Assembly (NCBI GenBank): GCA_947600335.1
Contig: CANQGB010000002.1
Span: 1-61,758 of the forward strand
Source of the DNA: an uncultured Bacilli bacterium
GTDB taxonomy: Bacteria; Bacillota_I; Bacilli_A; RF39; UBA660
Direction: 5' to 3'
DNA: 61,758 bases
A program made the position numbers and the translations under genes. Shown piece by piece: positions 8,469-16,286 of this stretch. Position 1 is the stretch's first letter. Each line of letters opens with the position of its first letter. The notes under the pieces were generated by a model, which was not told the DNA's origin, did not search any database, and saw only the letters and a list, made by a program, of their open reading frames with translations.

Positions 8469-8509
8469 CTATCTATTTTTACTCGTTTTTTCCGAGTTTC
8501 ATATCAATT

Positions 8510-8586
8510 TGGTAGCGGGAGAGGGACTCGAACCCCCAACATTTCGGGTATGAACCGAACTATCTAGCCAGTTGATATATCCCGCC
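8510..8586 (-). tRNA. tRNA-Met (anticodon CAT), elongator type, with the CCA end encoded
   Basis: Hand-folded cloverleaf: GGCGGGA TA TATC AACTGGCTA GATA G TTCGG TTCATAC CCGAA ATGTT GGGGG TTCGAGT CCCTC TCCCGCT A CCA. The anticodon arm and T arm closely resemble Bacillus elongator tRNA-Met. There is no GGG/CCC in the anticodon stem, so it is not the initiator. A lysidine-modified tRNA-Ile2 cannot be fully excluded. Confidence 0.85.
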
Positions 8587-8602
8587 ATAACCAAGTAATG
8601 TC

Positions 8603-8631
8603 ATTATATCAAAATATAATTTTCTTGACAA
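8603..8631 (-). promoter_or_regulatory. Promoter TTGTCA-17-TATAAT for tRNA-Met
   Basis: Read on the minus strand. The -10 ends about 16 nt upstream of the mature tRNA 5' end. Confidence 0.55.
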
Positions 8632-8666
8632 TACTTTTTTACTTTCTTATTCTCAACTTATCAAAA

Positions 8667-9320
8667 TCATTTTTTCAACAATTTTAAAATTTCCCCATTT
8701 TTCTCATTAAATATTGAATTATCCAATAATTTAATTCCTAGAAACTTTTCTATTTTATGCAATTCATTTATATCAATTGACTCTACAAAATCAAAGCTAA
8801 TTAATTCTAAAAGTTGTTGATAATATATATCTATTGTTTGTTGATTTTGATTTAATTGTTTTACTTTTAATAAATTCTCTAATTCCTTTAATTTTAACTT
8901 CTTTGCGTAAATATTTTCTGAATCAATCTCCATAAATTCTTTATTTACTAAGTTAATCTTATCTTCTATAGACTCCTTAGGAGAAACATCATAATTTAAT
9001 ATTTCACTAATAACTTCTGTATCATCATTTAAAAGTTTATCTATTAACAAAACCAAATAAGGAGGATTGTATCTATCATAGCTAAACGAATAAACCTCTC
9101 TTGTTTCTTCAAAATAATCCTGTTTTCCAATATAAGTACTTTGAAAATTTCTTATGATTTTCTTATCACTAAACATTGGATAATAATCACTTTGAAACTC
9201 TTGATGTTCAATAAAACTACATTTATCTATAATAGTGTCTTTTAAATTTTTTACTTGTTGTTTATCAAAAGAAACCTCATATTTTTCAATTTTTTCCCCA
9301 TTATTTATAAAATAATACAT
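8667..9320 (-). CDS. Hypothetical protein (217 aa) lying between the two solitary tRNA genes
   Basis: ORF with a GGAGG RBS and an upstream TATAAT. No motif I recognise. Confidence 0.55.
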   Translation of the reverse strand: MYYFINNGEKIEKYEVSFDKQQVKNLKDTIIDKCSFIEHQEFQSDYYPMFSDKKIIRNFQSTYIGKQDYFEETREVYSFSYDRYNPPYLVLLIDKLLNDDTEVISEILNYDVSPKESIEDKINLVNKEFMEIDSENIYAKKLKLKELENLLKVKQLNQNQQTIDIYYQQLLELISFDFVESIDINELHKIEKFLGIKLLDNSIFNEKNGEILKLLKK

Positions 9321-9511
9321 CTAAAAAACCTCCATCTAAAAGTATTATAACATAAATTTATAATTAATAGTTTTTTTTGATTCCCTATTTAACTACCATA
9401 AATACACATTTTACCATAAAAAAATTAACTCCCTAGACATTTCGAAATGTATCAAAAGAACCTAAAGAGTTATTTTTTATATTAAGATTCGAGAGTTCGA
9501 ATAAATTAACA

Positions 9512-9586
9512 TGGTAGTCTATACGGGATTTGAACCCGTGATACCACCTTGAGAGGGTGGTGTCTTAACCCCTTGACCAATAGACC
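9512..9586 (-). tRNA. tRNA-Glu (anticodon CTC), with the CCA end encoded
   Basis: Hand-folded: GGTCTAT TG GTCA AGGGGTTA AGAC A CCACC CTCTCAA GGTGG TATC ACGGG TTCAAAT CCCGT ATAGACT A CCA. The body is very similar to Bacillus tRNA-Glu (TTGGTCAAGCGGTTAAGACAC...), but the anticodon loop reads CTCTCAA. Confidence 0.8.
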
Positions 9587-9651
9587 ATTAATAATATCTT
9601 TTTTAAAGACATTATTATCTTAACACACGATAATTAATCTGACAATATTTT

Positions 9652-10284
9652 TTAAAATTCTTTTTTCAAGTAAATTTTTAAAGATATACGATAAGAAATA
9701 TAAGGAATTAACACACAAGCAGCCAAGATAATCATCGGCCAATAATTTTCTAATTTAGCTAACATTGCCCCTACTCCGGCTAAATTGACATATTTAAATA
9801 ACAATCCCGCTAAAATAATAATTCCAAAAACTCCGGCAAAAATACATATTCTTGCTTTTTCAATTCCCATTTTATAAATTATCGGAAACATAAAAGATAA
9901 CGACAAGATTGTTCCAAAAACAGAACCCAACAAAGTAAAAATAATATTTTCCCAATTAATAACTGTATTTTGACTATAAGCCATAATTACTGATAAAATA
10001 AGCATTAAGAATGCAGTCACTACAATCAACAAAATAGTTGCTAAATATTTCGCCTTAACATTATTTAATCGCCCATTGGGTAATGCAACAGCATAAGCAT
10101 CCCAATTATTAAATGTATCATAACTAAAAGTTGAAATCATTATCATGACACACATAAAAGGCAAAATAAAAGAAATATCCATTTGACCCATAAAACCCAT
10201 TACTATATAGAAAACAATTAAAAAGCCCAATATTTTAAAATTACTCTTAATCATTAATAAATCTTTTTTTATAAATCCTAACAT
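9652..10284 (-). CDS. ABC-2-type transporter permease
   Basis: 210 aa with about 6 hydrophobic helices. Its start overlaps the ATPase stop (TAATG). Confidence 0.7.
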   Translation of the reverse strand: MLGFIKKDLLMIKSNFKILGFLIVFYIVMGFMGQMDISFILPFMCVMIMISTFSYDTFNNWDAYAVALPNGRLNNVKAKYLATILLIVVTAFLMLILSVIMAYSQNTVINWENIIFTLLGSVFGTILSLSFMFPIIYKMGIEKARICIFAGVFGIIILAGLLFKYVNLAGVGAMLAKLENYWPMIILAACVLIPYISYRISLKIYLKKEF

Positions 10285-11141
10285 TATTTATCACCCTTTA
10301 TCATTAACACCATTAATTTATCTAATGTAATTTTATCAATTGTAGAAATAGAATATTTCTTTTGAAAACTTTTTTTATTCGCCACTAACAATTCATAATT
10401 ATATTTATTTTTTTGATAACGCACATAATCCTCTTTTTTAATTTGTTTAAACTCTTCTTCCGTACATTTAACTAGTCCATAATTATCAAATATATCTAAA
10501 CAAGACTCGGAAAATACTATTTTTCCTTGATTTATAAAAGTTACATAATCAGCAATTTGTTCTAACTCGGAAGTAATATGGGTCGAAATTAAAATAGAAC
10601 AATCTTCATTTTGTATAAAATTTTGAAAAATATTCATAATTTCAGCTCGAGCTACGGGGTCTAAACCACTAGTAGGTTCATCTAAAATTAATAATTTAGG
10701 ATGATGACTTAAAGCGGTTGCTATCTCTAACTTCTTTCGCATTCCTTTCGAAAATGTTTTTATTTGATTACTAGCAATCAATCCAAAATCTTTTAAATAT
10801 TTTTGATATAAATCAGTATCCCAATTTTTATAAATTCCCGCCATAATTTTATCAATATCTTGCGGAGTCAAAATCTCCGGAAAAAACATCTCATCTAAAA
10901 CGACACCAATCTCAGTATTAATTTTCTCGGCATTCTTTTTATTATCCAACCCAAATATTTTAATTTCCCCTTCATATTTATTGATAACATTTAATATTGC
11001 CTTAATCGTCGTTGTTTTACCAGCCCCATTTTCCCCAATAAAGCCCATAATCATTCCTTTAGGTAAACTAAAAGTCACATTTTCTAATGTAAAATCTTGA
11101 TACTTTTTTGATAAATTACTGACCTCTAAAATATTTTCCAT
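10284..11141 (-). CDS. ABC transporter ATP-binding protein
   Basis: Walker A GENGAGKTT, signature FSKGMRKK, Walker B LLILDEPTSGLD. Confidence 0.9.
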   Translation of the reverse strand: MENILEVSNLSKKYQDFTLENVTFSLPKGMIMGFIGENGAGKTTTIKAILNVINKYEGEIKIFGLDNKKNAEKINTEIGVVLDEMFFPEILTPQDIDKIMAGIYKNWDTDLYQKYLKDFGLIASNQIKTFSKGMRKKLEIATALSHHPKLLILDEPTSGLDPVARAEIMNIFQNFIQNEDCSILISTHITSELEQIADYVTFINQGKIVFSESCLDIFDNYGLVKCTEEEFKQIKKEDYVRYQKNKYNYELLVANKKSFQKKYSISTIDKITLDKLMVLMIKGDK

Positions 11142-11143
11142 TA

Positions 11144-11521
11144 CTATTTATCCTCCTCATATAATATGTCTAAAATATTTAAAATAACTTGTTTATCGAT
11201 ATTATTTAACTTAGCTATATTAATCGCGGTATCTAATAAATTTTCTATCTTGCTTAATTGTTCTTCCAAAGCAATTTCTTTATTAATCTTCGCGACATAA
11301 AACCCTTTAGCCGGAATCGTTTCGACATATCCTTCTTTAACCAATTCTTCATAGGCATTTTTTGTCGTAATTACACTACAATTTAAATCTTTCGCTAAAC
11401 TTCTAATCGATGGTAGCAATTCCCCGGTTTTTAACTCTTCCGTAATTATCTTATTTTTAATCTGGTCTTTAATTTGTTCATAAATTGGTACGGTACTCGA
11501 ATTCCTAATTATTATATCCAT
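11144..11521 (-). CDS. GntR-family (YtrA-like) transcriptional regulator
   Basis: The segment PIYEQIKDQIKNKIITEELKTGELLPSIRSLAKDLNCSVITTKNAYEELVKEGYV is a typical GntR winged HTH. The ATG at 11521 is preferred over the TTG at 11551 given in the ORF track. Confidence 0.85.
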   Translation of the reverse strand: MDIIIRNSSTVPIYEQIKDQIKNKIITEELKTGELLPSIRSLAKDLNCSVITTKNAYEELVKEGYVETIPAKGFYVAKINKEIALEEQLSKIENLLDTAINIAKLNNIDKQVILNILDILYEEDK

Positions 11522-11550
11522 CTTAAAACCCTTCTTTTTTGTATATATCA

Positions 11551-11580
11551 ATTATATACAGTATATACACAGTTTGTCAA
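11551..11580 (-). promoter_or_regulatory. Promoter (TTGACA, with TATAAT about 18 nt downstream) of the GntR-ABC operon, with a repeated GTATATAC-type operator
   Basis: The minus strand reads TTGACAAACTGTGTATATACTGTATATAAT. The palindromic motif GTATATAC is followed by a second copy, TGTATATA, inside the spacer and -10 region. Confidence 0.55.
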
Positions 11581-11581
11581 C

Positions 11582-11607
11582 AAAAAAACTTGCATCAATC
11601 CGCAAGT
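11582..11607 (-). terminator. Rho-independent terminator after the 115-aa gene
   Basis: The minus strand reads ACTTGC-GGATTGAT-GCAAGT followed by T7. Confidence 0.7.
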
Positions 11608-11630
11608 CTTCCTAAAATTTTTAATTACTA

Positions 11631-11978
11631 CTAACCTAATTTATTAGAAATATGAAACTCATCCCAAACTTTAACTAAACAACTATTCTTCACATTTTGT
11701 AAATTATCATTACTTAAATTCAACTCTTCCGCTACAAAATAATCTGGTCTATTTTTAAATAAGGCCTCGACTAAATAGACTTCTTCTTCTACCGTTAAAT
11801 CATTAGTTAATTGTTCCAATGTTTGATTAAATTCTTTTCCCCAAGTTGTATTAGCTTCCACTTTATACCGATTAAATCTCTTTAAAAAATCTTTTTTTAA
11901 ATATTCCATATCATAAGATTCCCATATTTCTTTAGCTAATATTTGAGGAACATTTTTCTTTTTCACAAATAGTTTCAT
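11631..11978 (-). CDS. Hypothetical 115-aa protein, possibly with a small sigma region-4 or ArpU-like HTH at the C-terminus
   Basis: The ATG at 11978 has an AAAGGAAGAG RBS; the ORF track start at 12053 is a TTG. The C-terminal segment LTVEEEVYLVEALFKNRPDYFVAEELNLSNDNLQNVKNSCLVKV looks HTH-like. This is a weak assignment. Confidence 0.45.
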   Translation of the reverse strand: MKLFVKKKNVPQILAKEIWESYDMEYLKKDFLKRFNRYKVEANTTWGKEFNQTLEQLTNDLTVEEEVYLVEALFKNRPDYFVAEELNLSNDNLQNVKNSCLVKVWDEFHISNKLG

Positions 11979-12180
11979 AATTTCGCTCTTCCTTTTTATT
12001 AAGTTGCTATTATAAATATTTTTTATCCATTTGTAAAGTCCATATTTTTGCAAACAAAAAGACCATAAGGCCTTTTCTCAAGAATAAAGGAAGGTGAAAT
12101 ATGAAATATATTGAAAGGTCTTTACTCCTTTCACTAATAAACTATGAACTTTTTTTAAATTTGTTTGTATTATTGTCACC

Positions 12181-12213
12181 AAAAAACAAAAATAGCATAA
12201 ATATGCTACTTTT
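12181..12213. terminator. Bidirectional hairpin terminator after the rhomboid gene
   Basis: TAGCAT-AAAT-ATGCTA (12193-12208) is flanked by an A-run on one side and a T-run on the other. Confidence 0.6.
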
Positions 12214-12232
12214 TCAAAAGGGTTTTTATTTT

Positions 12233-13366
12233 TTAACGAAATAACATAAAACTTAAGAAAGCAATATAAATCACTAAAACAATTAAACCGTTAGTTTTTT
12301 CTGCTTTAGTAGTTTTACCATTTATACCAGTGGCCATAGAAGCTAGTAACCCACCAATTAAGCCTCCAATGTGGGCCGCATTATCAATTCCCGGTAAAGT
12401 AAAACCAATAAATAAATTCAAAATGATTAAAGGAATTATTTGCGTTTTTAAAACTGTTCCTAAATAAAGGCGAAAATGATAGCCAAAATACAATAAACTA
12501 CCTAACAAGCCGAAAATTGCTCCACTGGCTCCCACCGAAATTGCATTAGTAAATAACGAAGACATTAAGCTTCCTGAAATAGCACTAACTAAATAAACCG
12601 TTAGAAACTTGCCTTTACCTAAATAAGTTTCTAGTTGCGTACCAATAATAAATAATGAATACATATTAACCAATAAATGAATTAATCCTCCATGCAAAAA
12701 AGTTCCTGTTAACAAACGCCAAATCTCGCCACTTTTAATCGCTGCTGGCGCTACGGCTCCTAATTTATAAAGCGTTAAAGCATCTGTTCCCCCGGCTAAA
12801 ATACTAATCAAATACATTATGGCACAAATAGCAATCAAAACATAAGTAACCACTATTTTTTTATTCTTGAAAATAGCCTCATAAATTCGATTATTTTTTT
12901 CTGTCTTGGCATTAATATCTTGCGTAACATTTAAAATCAGTTCAATTCCCGCTTGGTCTATCAATAATTTATTTTCAATCCCGGGAAAAAGTTCAGCAAT
13001 TAAAGTATTCTTCGTTTCATCAATATTTTTTAAATACACATTTTTAATTGTTTTATCACTATCTACTCTAACATCTTCATTCACATCTAATAATATATTT
13101 AAAGCATTCATTGTAAATGACAAAGTTTTTCGTTTAATTTGATGAATAACATTTTTTAATTTATAAATATCACTCTCTAATTGCTCATTATTATGAATAT
13201 AATTAGAATTAATTCGTACTATTTTATAAACTTCTTCTTGATTCTCTAACCAGATTTCATCTTTAACACCTTTAACGACAATCGGCGTATAATTTTTTTC
13301 GGTTATAAAATAATGCACTAACCGCATCGTTATTTCATCCTTTTTCGTTATAGTTATTGTATTCAT
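12233..13366 (-). CDS. Rhomboid-family intramembrane serine protease with an N-terminal cytoplasmic domain
   Basis: Motifs WRLLTGTFLHGGLIHLLVNM, GASGAIFGLLG (catalytic Ser) and AHIGGLIGG (catalytic His). Six or more TM helices. Confidence 0.85.
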   Translation of the reverse strand: MNTITITKKDEITMRLVHYFITEKNYTPIVVKGVKDEIWLENQEEVYKIVRINSNYIHNNEQLESDIYKLKNVIHQIKRKTLSFTMNALNILLDVNEDVRVDSDKTIKNVYLKNIDETKNTLIAELFPGIENKLLIDQAGIELILNVTQDINAKTEKNNRIYEAIFKNKKIVVTYVLIAICAIMYLISILAGGTDALTLYKLGAVAPAAIKSGEIWRLLTGTFLHGGLIHLLVNMYSLFIIGTQLETYLGKGKFLTVYLVSAISGSLMSSLFTNAISVGASGAIFGLLGSLLYFGYHFRLYLGTVLKTQIIPLIILNLFIGFTLPGIDNAAHIGGLIGGLLASMATGINGKTTKAEKTNGLIVLVIYIAFLSFMLFR

Positions 13367-13420
13367 TTTTTCTCCTTCTAAGTTCTAAAACTTTCGCCAA
13401 AACATATACATTAATATGAG

Positions 13421-13762
13421 GTGATAATAATAAACAATTCTTTACTTATCACAGGCTTTTTTATTACTAACATTTTATTATTAAGTAGTATCATCAAAAT
13501 AATCAAATTAGATTTATTTAATGATGATTTGTTGTTTATTTATTTAACTAATCTCATCCTGTTAATAACTATGATAATCTTTTTTTATTTCTTTTACAAT
13601 ATTATGATATCTTTTTATTTAGCCTTGTTTTTAATGATTTTTGCTTACATGTTAATTTTTAACATTAAAAGTCTTTTAAAAAGATACCATATTTATAGCA
13701 TACCATATTTTTTATTAAGTGTTGCTAATTTTTCTTATTTGTTAGTTCTCTATCTCTTCTAA
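13421..13762 (+). CDS. Questionable 113-aa very hydrophobic ORF in an AT-rich gap
   Basis: It has a GTG start with no properly spaced RBS, a composition dominated by I/L/F/Y/N as expected from AT-rich DNA, and a 3' end that overlaps rluD. Confidence 0.2.
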   Translation: MIIINNSLLITGFFITNILLLSSIIKIIKLDLFNDDLLFIYLTNLILLITMIIFFYFFYNIMISFYLALFLMIFAYMLIFNIKSLLKRYHIYSIPYFLLSVANFSYLLVLYLF

Positions 13763-14662
13763 ACTATCGAGCATATCTTGAAAATACTTGGGCAAATCAG
13801 CTTCAAAATGTAGGTGTTCATTTTTAATGGGATGTCTAAAATCAAGGGTATGAGAATGCAAGAATTGGCCAAACTCGGTTGCTTTTTTGGAATTATATAC
13901 GGGGTCATTAAATATTGGATAACCAATGTAGGCCATATGGACTCTAATTTGATGCGTCCGCCCTGTTTCTAAATTTAATTTGATTAAAGTATAATCTTTA
14001 TATCTTTTTAACACGGTTAAATGCGTAATAGCTTCTTTACTATTTTGGCTAGTCACAGCCATTTTTTTCCGATTTTTCATATCTCGCCCAATCGGGGCAT
14101 CAATCGTCGCTTTATTATGGGGAAATACTCCACAAATAAGAGCAATATATTCTCTTTTAATATTATGTTTCTTAAATTCTTCGCTTAAAATTTGATGAGC
14201 TTGATTATTCTTTGCCGCGAGCATCAATCCCGAAGTATCTTTATCTAAACGATGGACAATTCCCGGTCTCTCTTCATCGACATCACTTAAATTTTGCGTA
14301 TAATATAACAGCCCATTTGCTAAAGTATTGTCTTTATTTCCACTACCTGGATGAACTACAACCCCACTTTCTTTATTAATGACAATAATATCATCATCTT
14401 CATAGACAATATCAATATCCATTTTTTGGGGTTTAATATGTTCTTCTTTTTGATATTCTTTGACAATTTCTATTACATCTGAAGCATTCAATTTATAACT
14501 TGGTTTAGTAGGTTTATTATTAACCAAAATATCTTCTTGCTCAATCATTTTATTGATTTGGCTTCTAGAATAAGCCGTTTGTTCACTTAAATACTTATCA
14601 ACTCGTCCTCCCCCTTCCGTAACTCTAATTTCCAATTTTATCTTCTCCTTTAATAATGGCAA
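13742..14662 (-). CDS. rluD: RluA-family 23S rRNA pseudouridine synthase (RluD-like)
   Basis: An S4-like N-terminus (RVDKYL) and the catalytic motif HRLDKDTSGL. The real start is probably the TTG at 14635, 9 nt after an AAGGAG; the ORF track start at 14662 is also a TTG. Confidence 0.85.
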   Translation of the reverse strand: MPLLKEKIKLEIRVTEGGGRVDKYLSEQTAYSRSQINKMIEQEDILVNNKPTKPSYKLNASDVIEIVKEYQKEEHIKPQKMDIDIVYEDDDIIVINKESGVVVHPGSGNKDNTLANGLLYYTQNLSDVDEERPGIVHRLDKDTSGLMLAAKNNQAHQILSEEFKKHNIKREYIALICGVFPHNKATIDAPIGRDMKNRKKMAVTSQNSKEAITHLTVLKRYKDYTLIKLNLETGRTHQIRVHMAYIGYPIFNDPVYNSKKATEFGQFLHSHTLDFRHPIKNEHLHFEADLPKYFQDMLDSLEEIEN

Positions 14663-15086
14663 TAATTAATAATATTACCCCGACAACTATAAAAGTATCA
14701 GCTAAATTAAATACCGGATAATTATAATTAAAAATTCTAAACGCTAAAAAATCACGCACATAACCTAAAAAAAGTCGGTCAATCAAATTGCCAATTATTC
14801 CTCCCATTAACAACCCAAAAGCCATATTGTTCCGGAAATTATTTTTAAAATTATACATATAACGATATATTATTAATAATGAAAGAACACTACACAAAAC
14901 TAAGATAGTTAATCGCCCATTTAAAAGATTCCAAGCGGCCCCACTGTTTTCTAAATATTGTAACGTAAAAAAATTCGGAATAACTTTTAAACTCGAATTA
15001 ACTGTTAATTTAATGGAAACAATTATTTTACTAAATTGGTCAAGTATTAATGCAATCACGGCATAAGAAAATATCTTTATATTCAT
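14625..15086 (-). CDS. lspA: Lipoprotein signal peptidase II
   Basis: 153 aa with 4 TM helices. Motifs NSGAAWN and FNLADTFIVVG. The lspA-rluD gene order is typical. Confidence 0.9.
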   Translation of the reverse strand: MNIKIFSYAVIALILDQFSKIIVSIKLTVNSSLKVIPNFFTLQYLENSGAAWNLLNGRLTILVLCSVLSLLIIYRYMYNFKNNFRNNMAFGLLMGGIIGNLIDRLFLGYVRDFLAFRIFNYNYPVFNLADTFIVVGVILLIIAIIKGEDKIGN

Positions 15087-15122
15087 AAATCCACTTCCTT
15101 AAGTATTATACCAGCCGCCCTT

Positions 15123-15344
15123 TTAAATTTCAACTAAGATGACATCTTCGCCAATTTTCTTAATATCATTCATTCTAATATTTACCTCACTATTACTTCT
15201 GAAAAAGCGAAAAAAGCGCGGTAAAGCCACGACAAAATATTCGATTGTTCCATTTTCTGTTATTTCAATATCGATTATTCGCCCTATTCTTCGGCCATCA
15301 ATTATACTAATTACATCTTTGGCTTGCATTTCTGCCACTCGCAT
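15123..15344 (-). CDS. YlmC/YmxH-family (PRC-barrel) sporulation protein
   Basis: 73 aa. MRVAEMQAKDVISIIDGRRIGRIIDIEITENGTIEY matches the YlmC/YmxH pattern. Confidence 0.75.
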   Translation of the reverse strand: MRVAEMQAKDVISIIDGRRIGRIIDIEITENGTIEYFVVALPRFFRFFRSNSEVNIRMNDIKKIGEDVILVEI

Positions 15345-15390
15345 AAACTACCACCACTTAATGGTATGGTATTTTTTCATTTTTAGAACT

Positions 15391-15414
15391 AAAAAAATCT
15401 TCTTTTCAGAAGAC
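15391..15414 (-). terminator. Terminator after the surface-protein gene
   Basis: The minus strand reads TCTTCT-GAAA-AGAAGA followed by T7. Confidence 0.6.
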
Positions 15415-15423
15415 TTTAATTTT

Positions 15424-16050
15424 TTATATTTTATATAAAGTATTTTTCTTACGAGAAATTGTAAATACTCCAATTCCTAAAGCTAAGCCACCAATAACTA
15501 CCACATATGGAACAAAATTTCCTGTTTGTGGATTTTTAACACATTCACTATTATAAACGTTTTCTGTTACAACATTACCATCTTTACCATAGTATTTTCC
15601 ATCAACTACTTTACATGTATAACTTTCAGTTACTGTAACTGGATCGCCACAAGTAATTTGACCATCATCATAACATGGTACTAATTTAACATTACATTTT
15701 TGGGTAGCATCATTAATCTTAAATACGATAGTAGCTATTTGGAAACTATCACCTGATACACTTTGAGAAGCTTTAAAACTTAAACTAGTTCCACTAGAAT
15801 AATCTGTCCAAGGAGATGTCGCTTTGATACTCTTAATTGACATATTTTCTAAAGTTAAAGTCGCTGTAAATTGACTAATTGTACTATTATTAGTTGTTTT
15901 TCCAATAATATAGCAAGTCTTTGTTACAGATCCATCAGTTTCATAAACTTTTTCATCACATCTAAAACCATTAAAATCTAAAGCAGCATTGGCTTTTATT
16001 GGTAAAGCTATCATTATTGTCAAAATTAATAAGCTTAATACTTTTTTCAT
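15424..16050 (-). CDS. Secreted cell-wall-anchored protein with a sortase-B-type sorting signal (NPQTG)
   Basis: Signal peptide MKKVLSLLILTIMIALPIKANA. The C-terminus is NPQTGN + FVPYVVVIGGLALGIGVFTI + SRKKN. The ATG at 16050 has an AAGAAAGAGG RBS. Confidence 0.8.
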   Translation of the reverse strand: MKKVLSLLILTIMIALPIKANAALDFNGFRCDEKVYETDGSVTKTCYIIGKTTNNSTISQFTATLTLENMSIKSIKATSPWTDYSSGTSLSFKASQSVSGDSFQIATIVFKINDATQKCNVKLVPCYDDGQITCGDPVTVTESYTCKVVDGKYYGKDGNVVTENVYNSECVKNPQTGNFVPYVVVIGGLALGIGVFTISRKKNTLYKI

Positions 16051-16126
16051 TTCTATAATACCTCTTTCTTCTTTACTTATATTATGCTTCAATTATATCA
16101 TAAAAATTCATAATTACTAGTCATTT

Positions 16127-16141
16127 TTACAAAATTTGTAA
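16127..16141. promoter_or_regulatory. 15-bp perfect palindrome TTACAAA-A-TTTGTAA in the divergent sortase/substrate intergenic region
   Basis: Read directly from the sequence. It is a candidate operator; no binding factor is known. Confidence 0.35.
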
Positions 16142-16286
16142 AATAATCACGAATTTTAGCATTATTTAAAATTAATAAATCAATTATAATTCTAAAATTT
16201 TCTTTTCTAATCTTACTATTTTAATATTAAAATCTCCATTTTTATGTTATTATAATAAAGTAAGAATATAAATGGTGGTGATATAT

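Noticed and set aside
9430-9505. Palindromes ACATTTCGAAATGT and ATTCGAGAGTTCGAAT downstream of tRNA-Glu
   Set aside because: They could be weak terminators, but neither is followed by a proper U-run on the tRNA strand. The stems are short and AT-rich, so the evidence is too weak to call.
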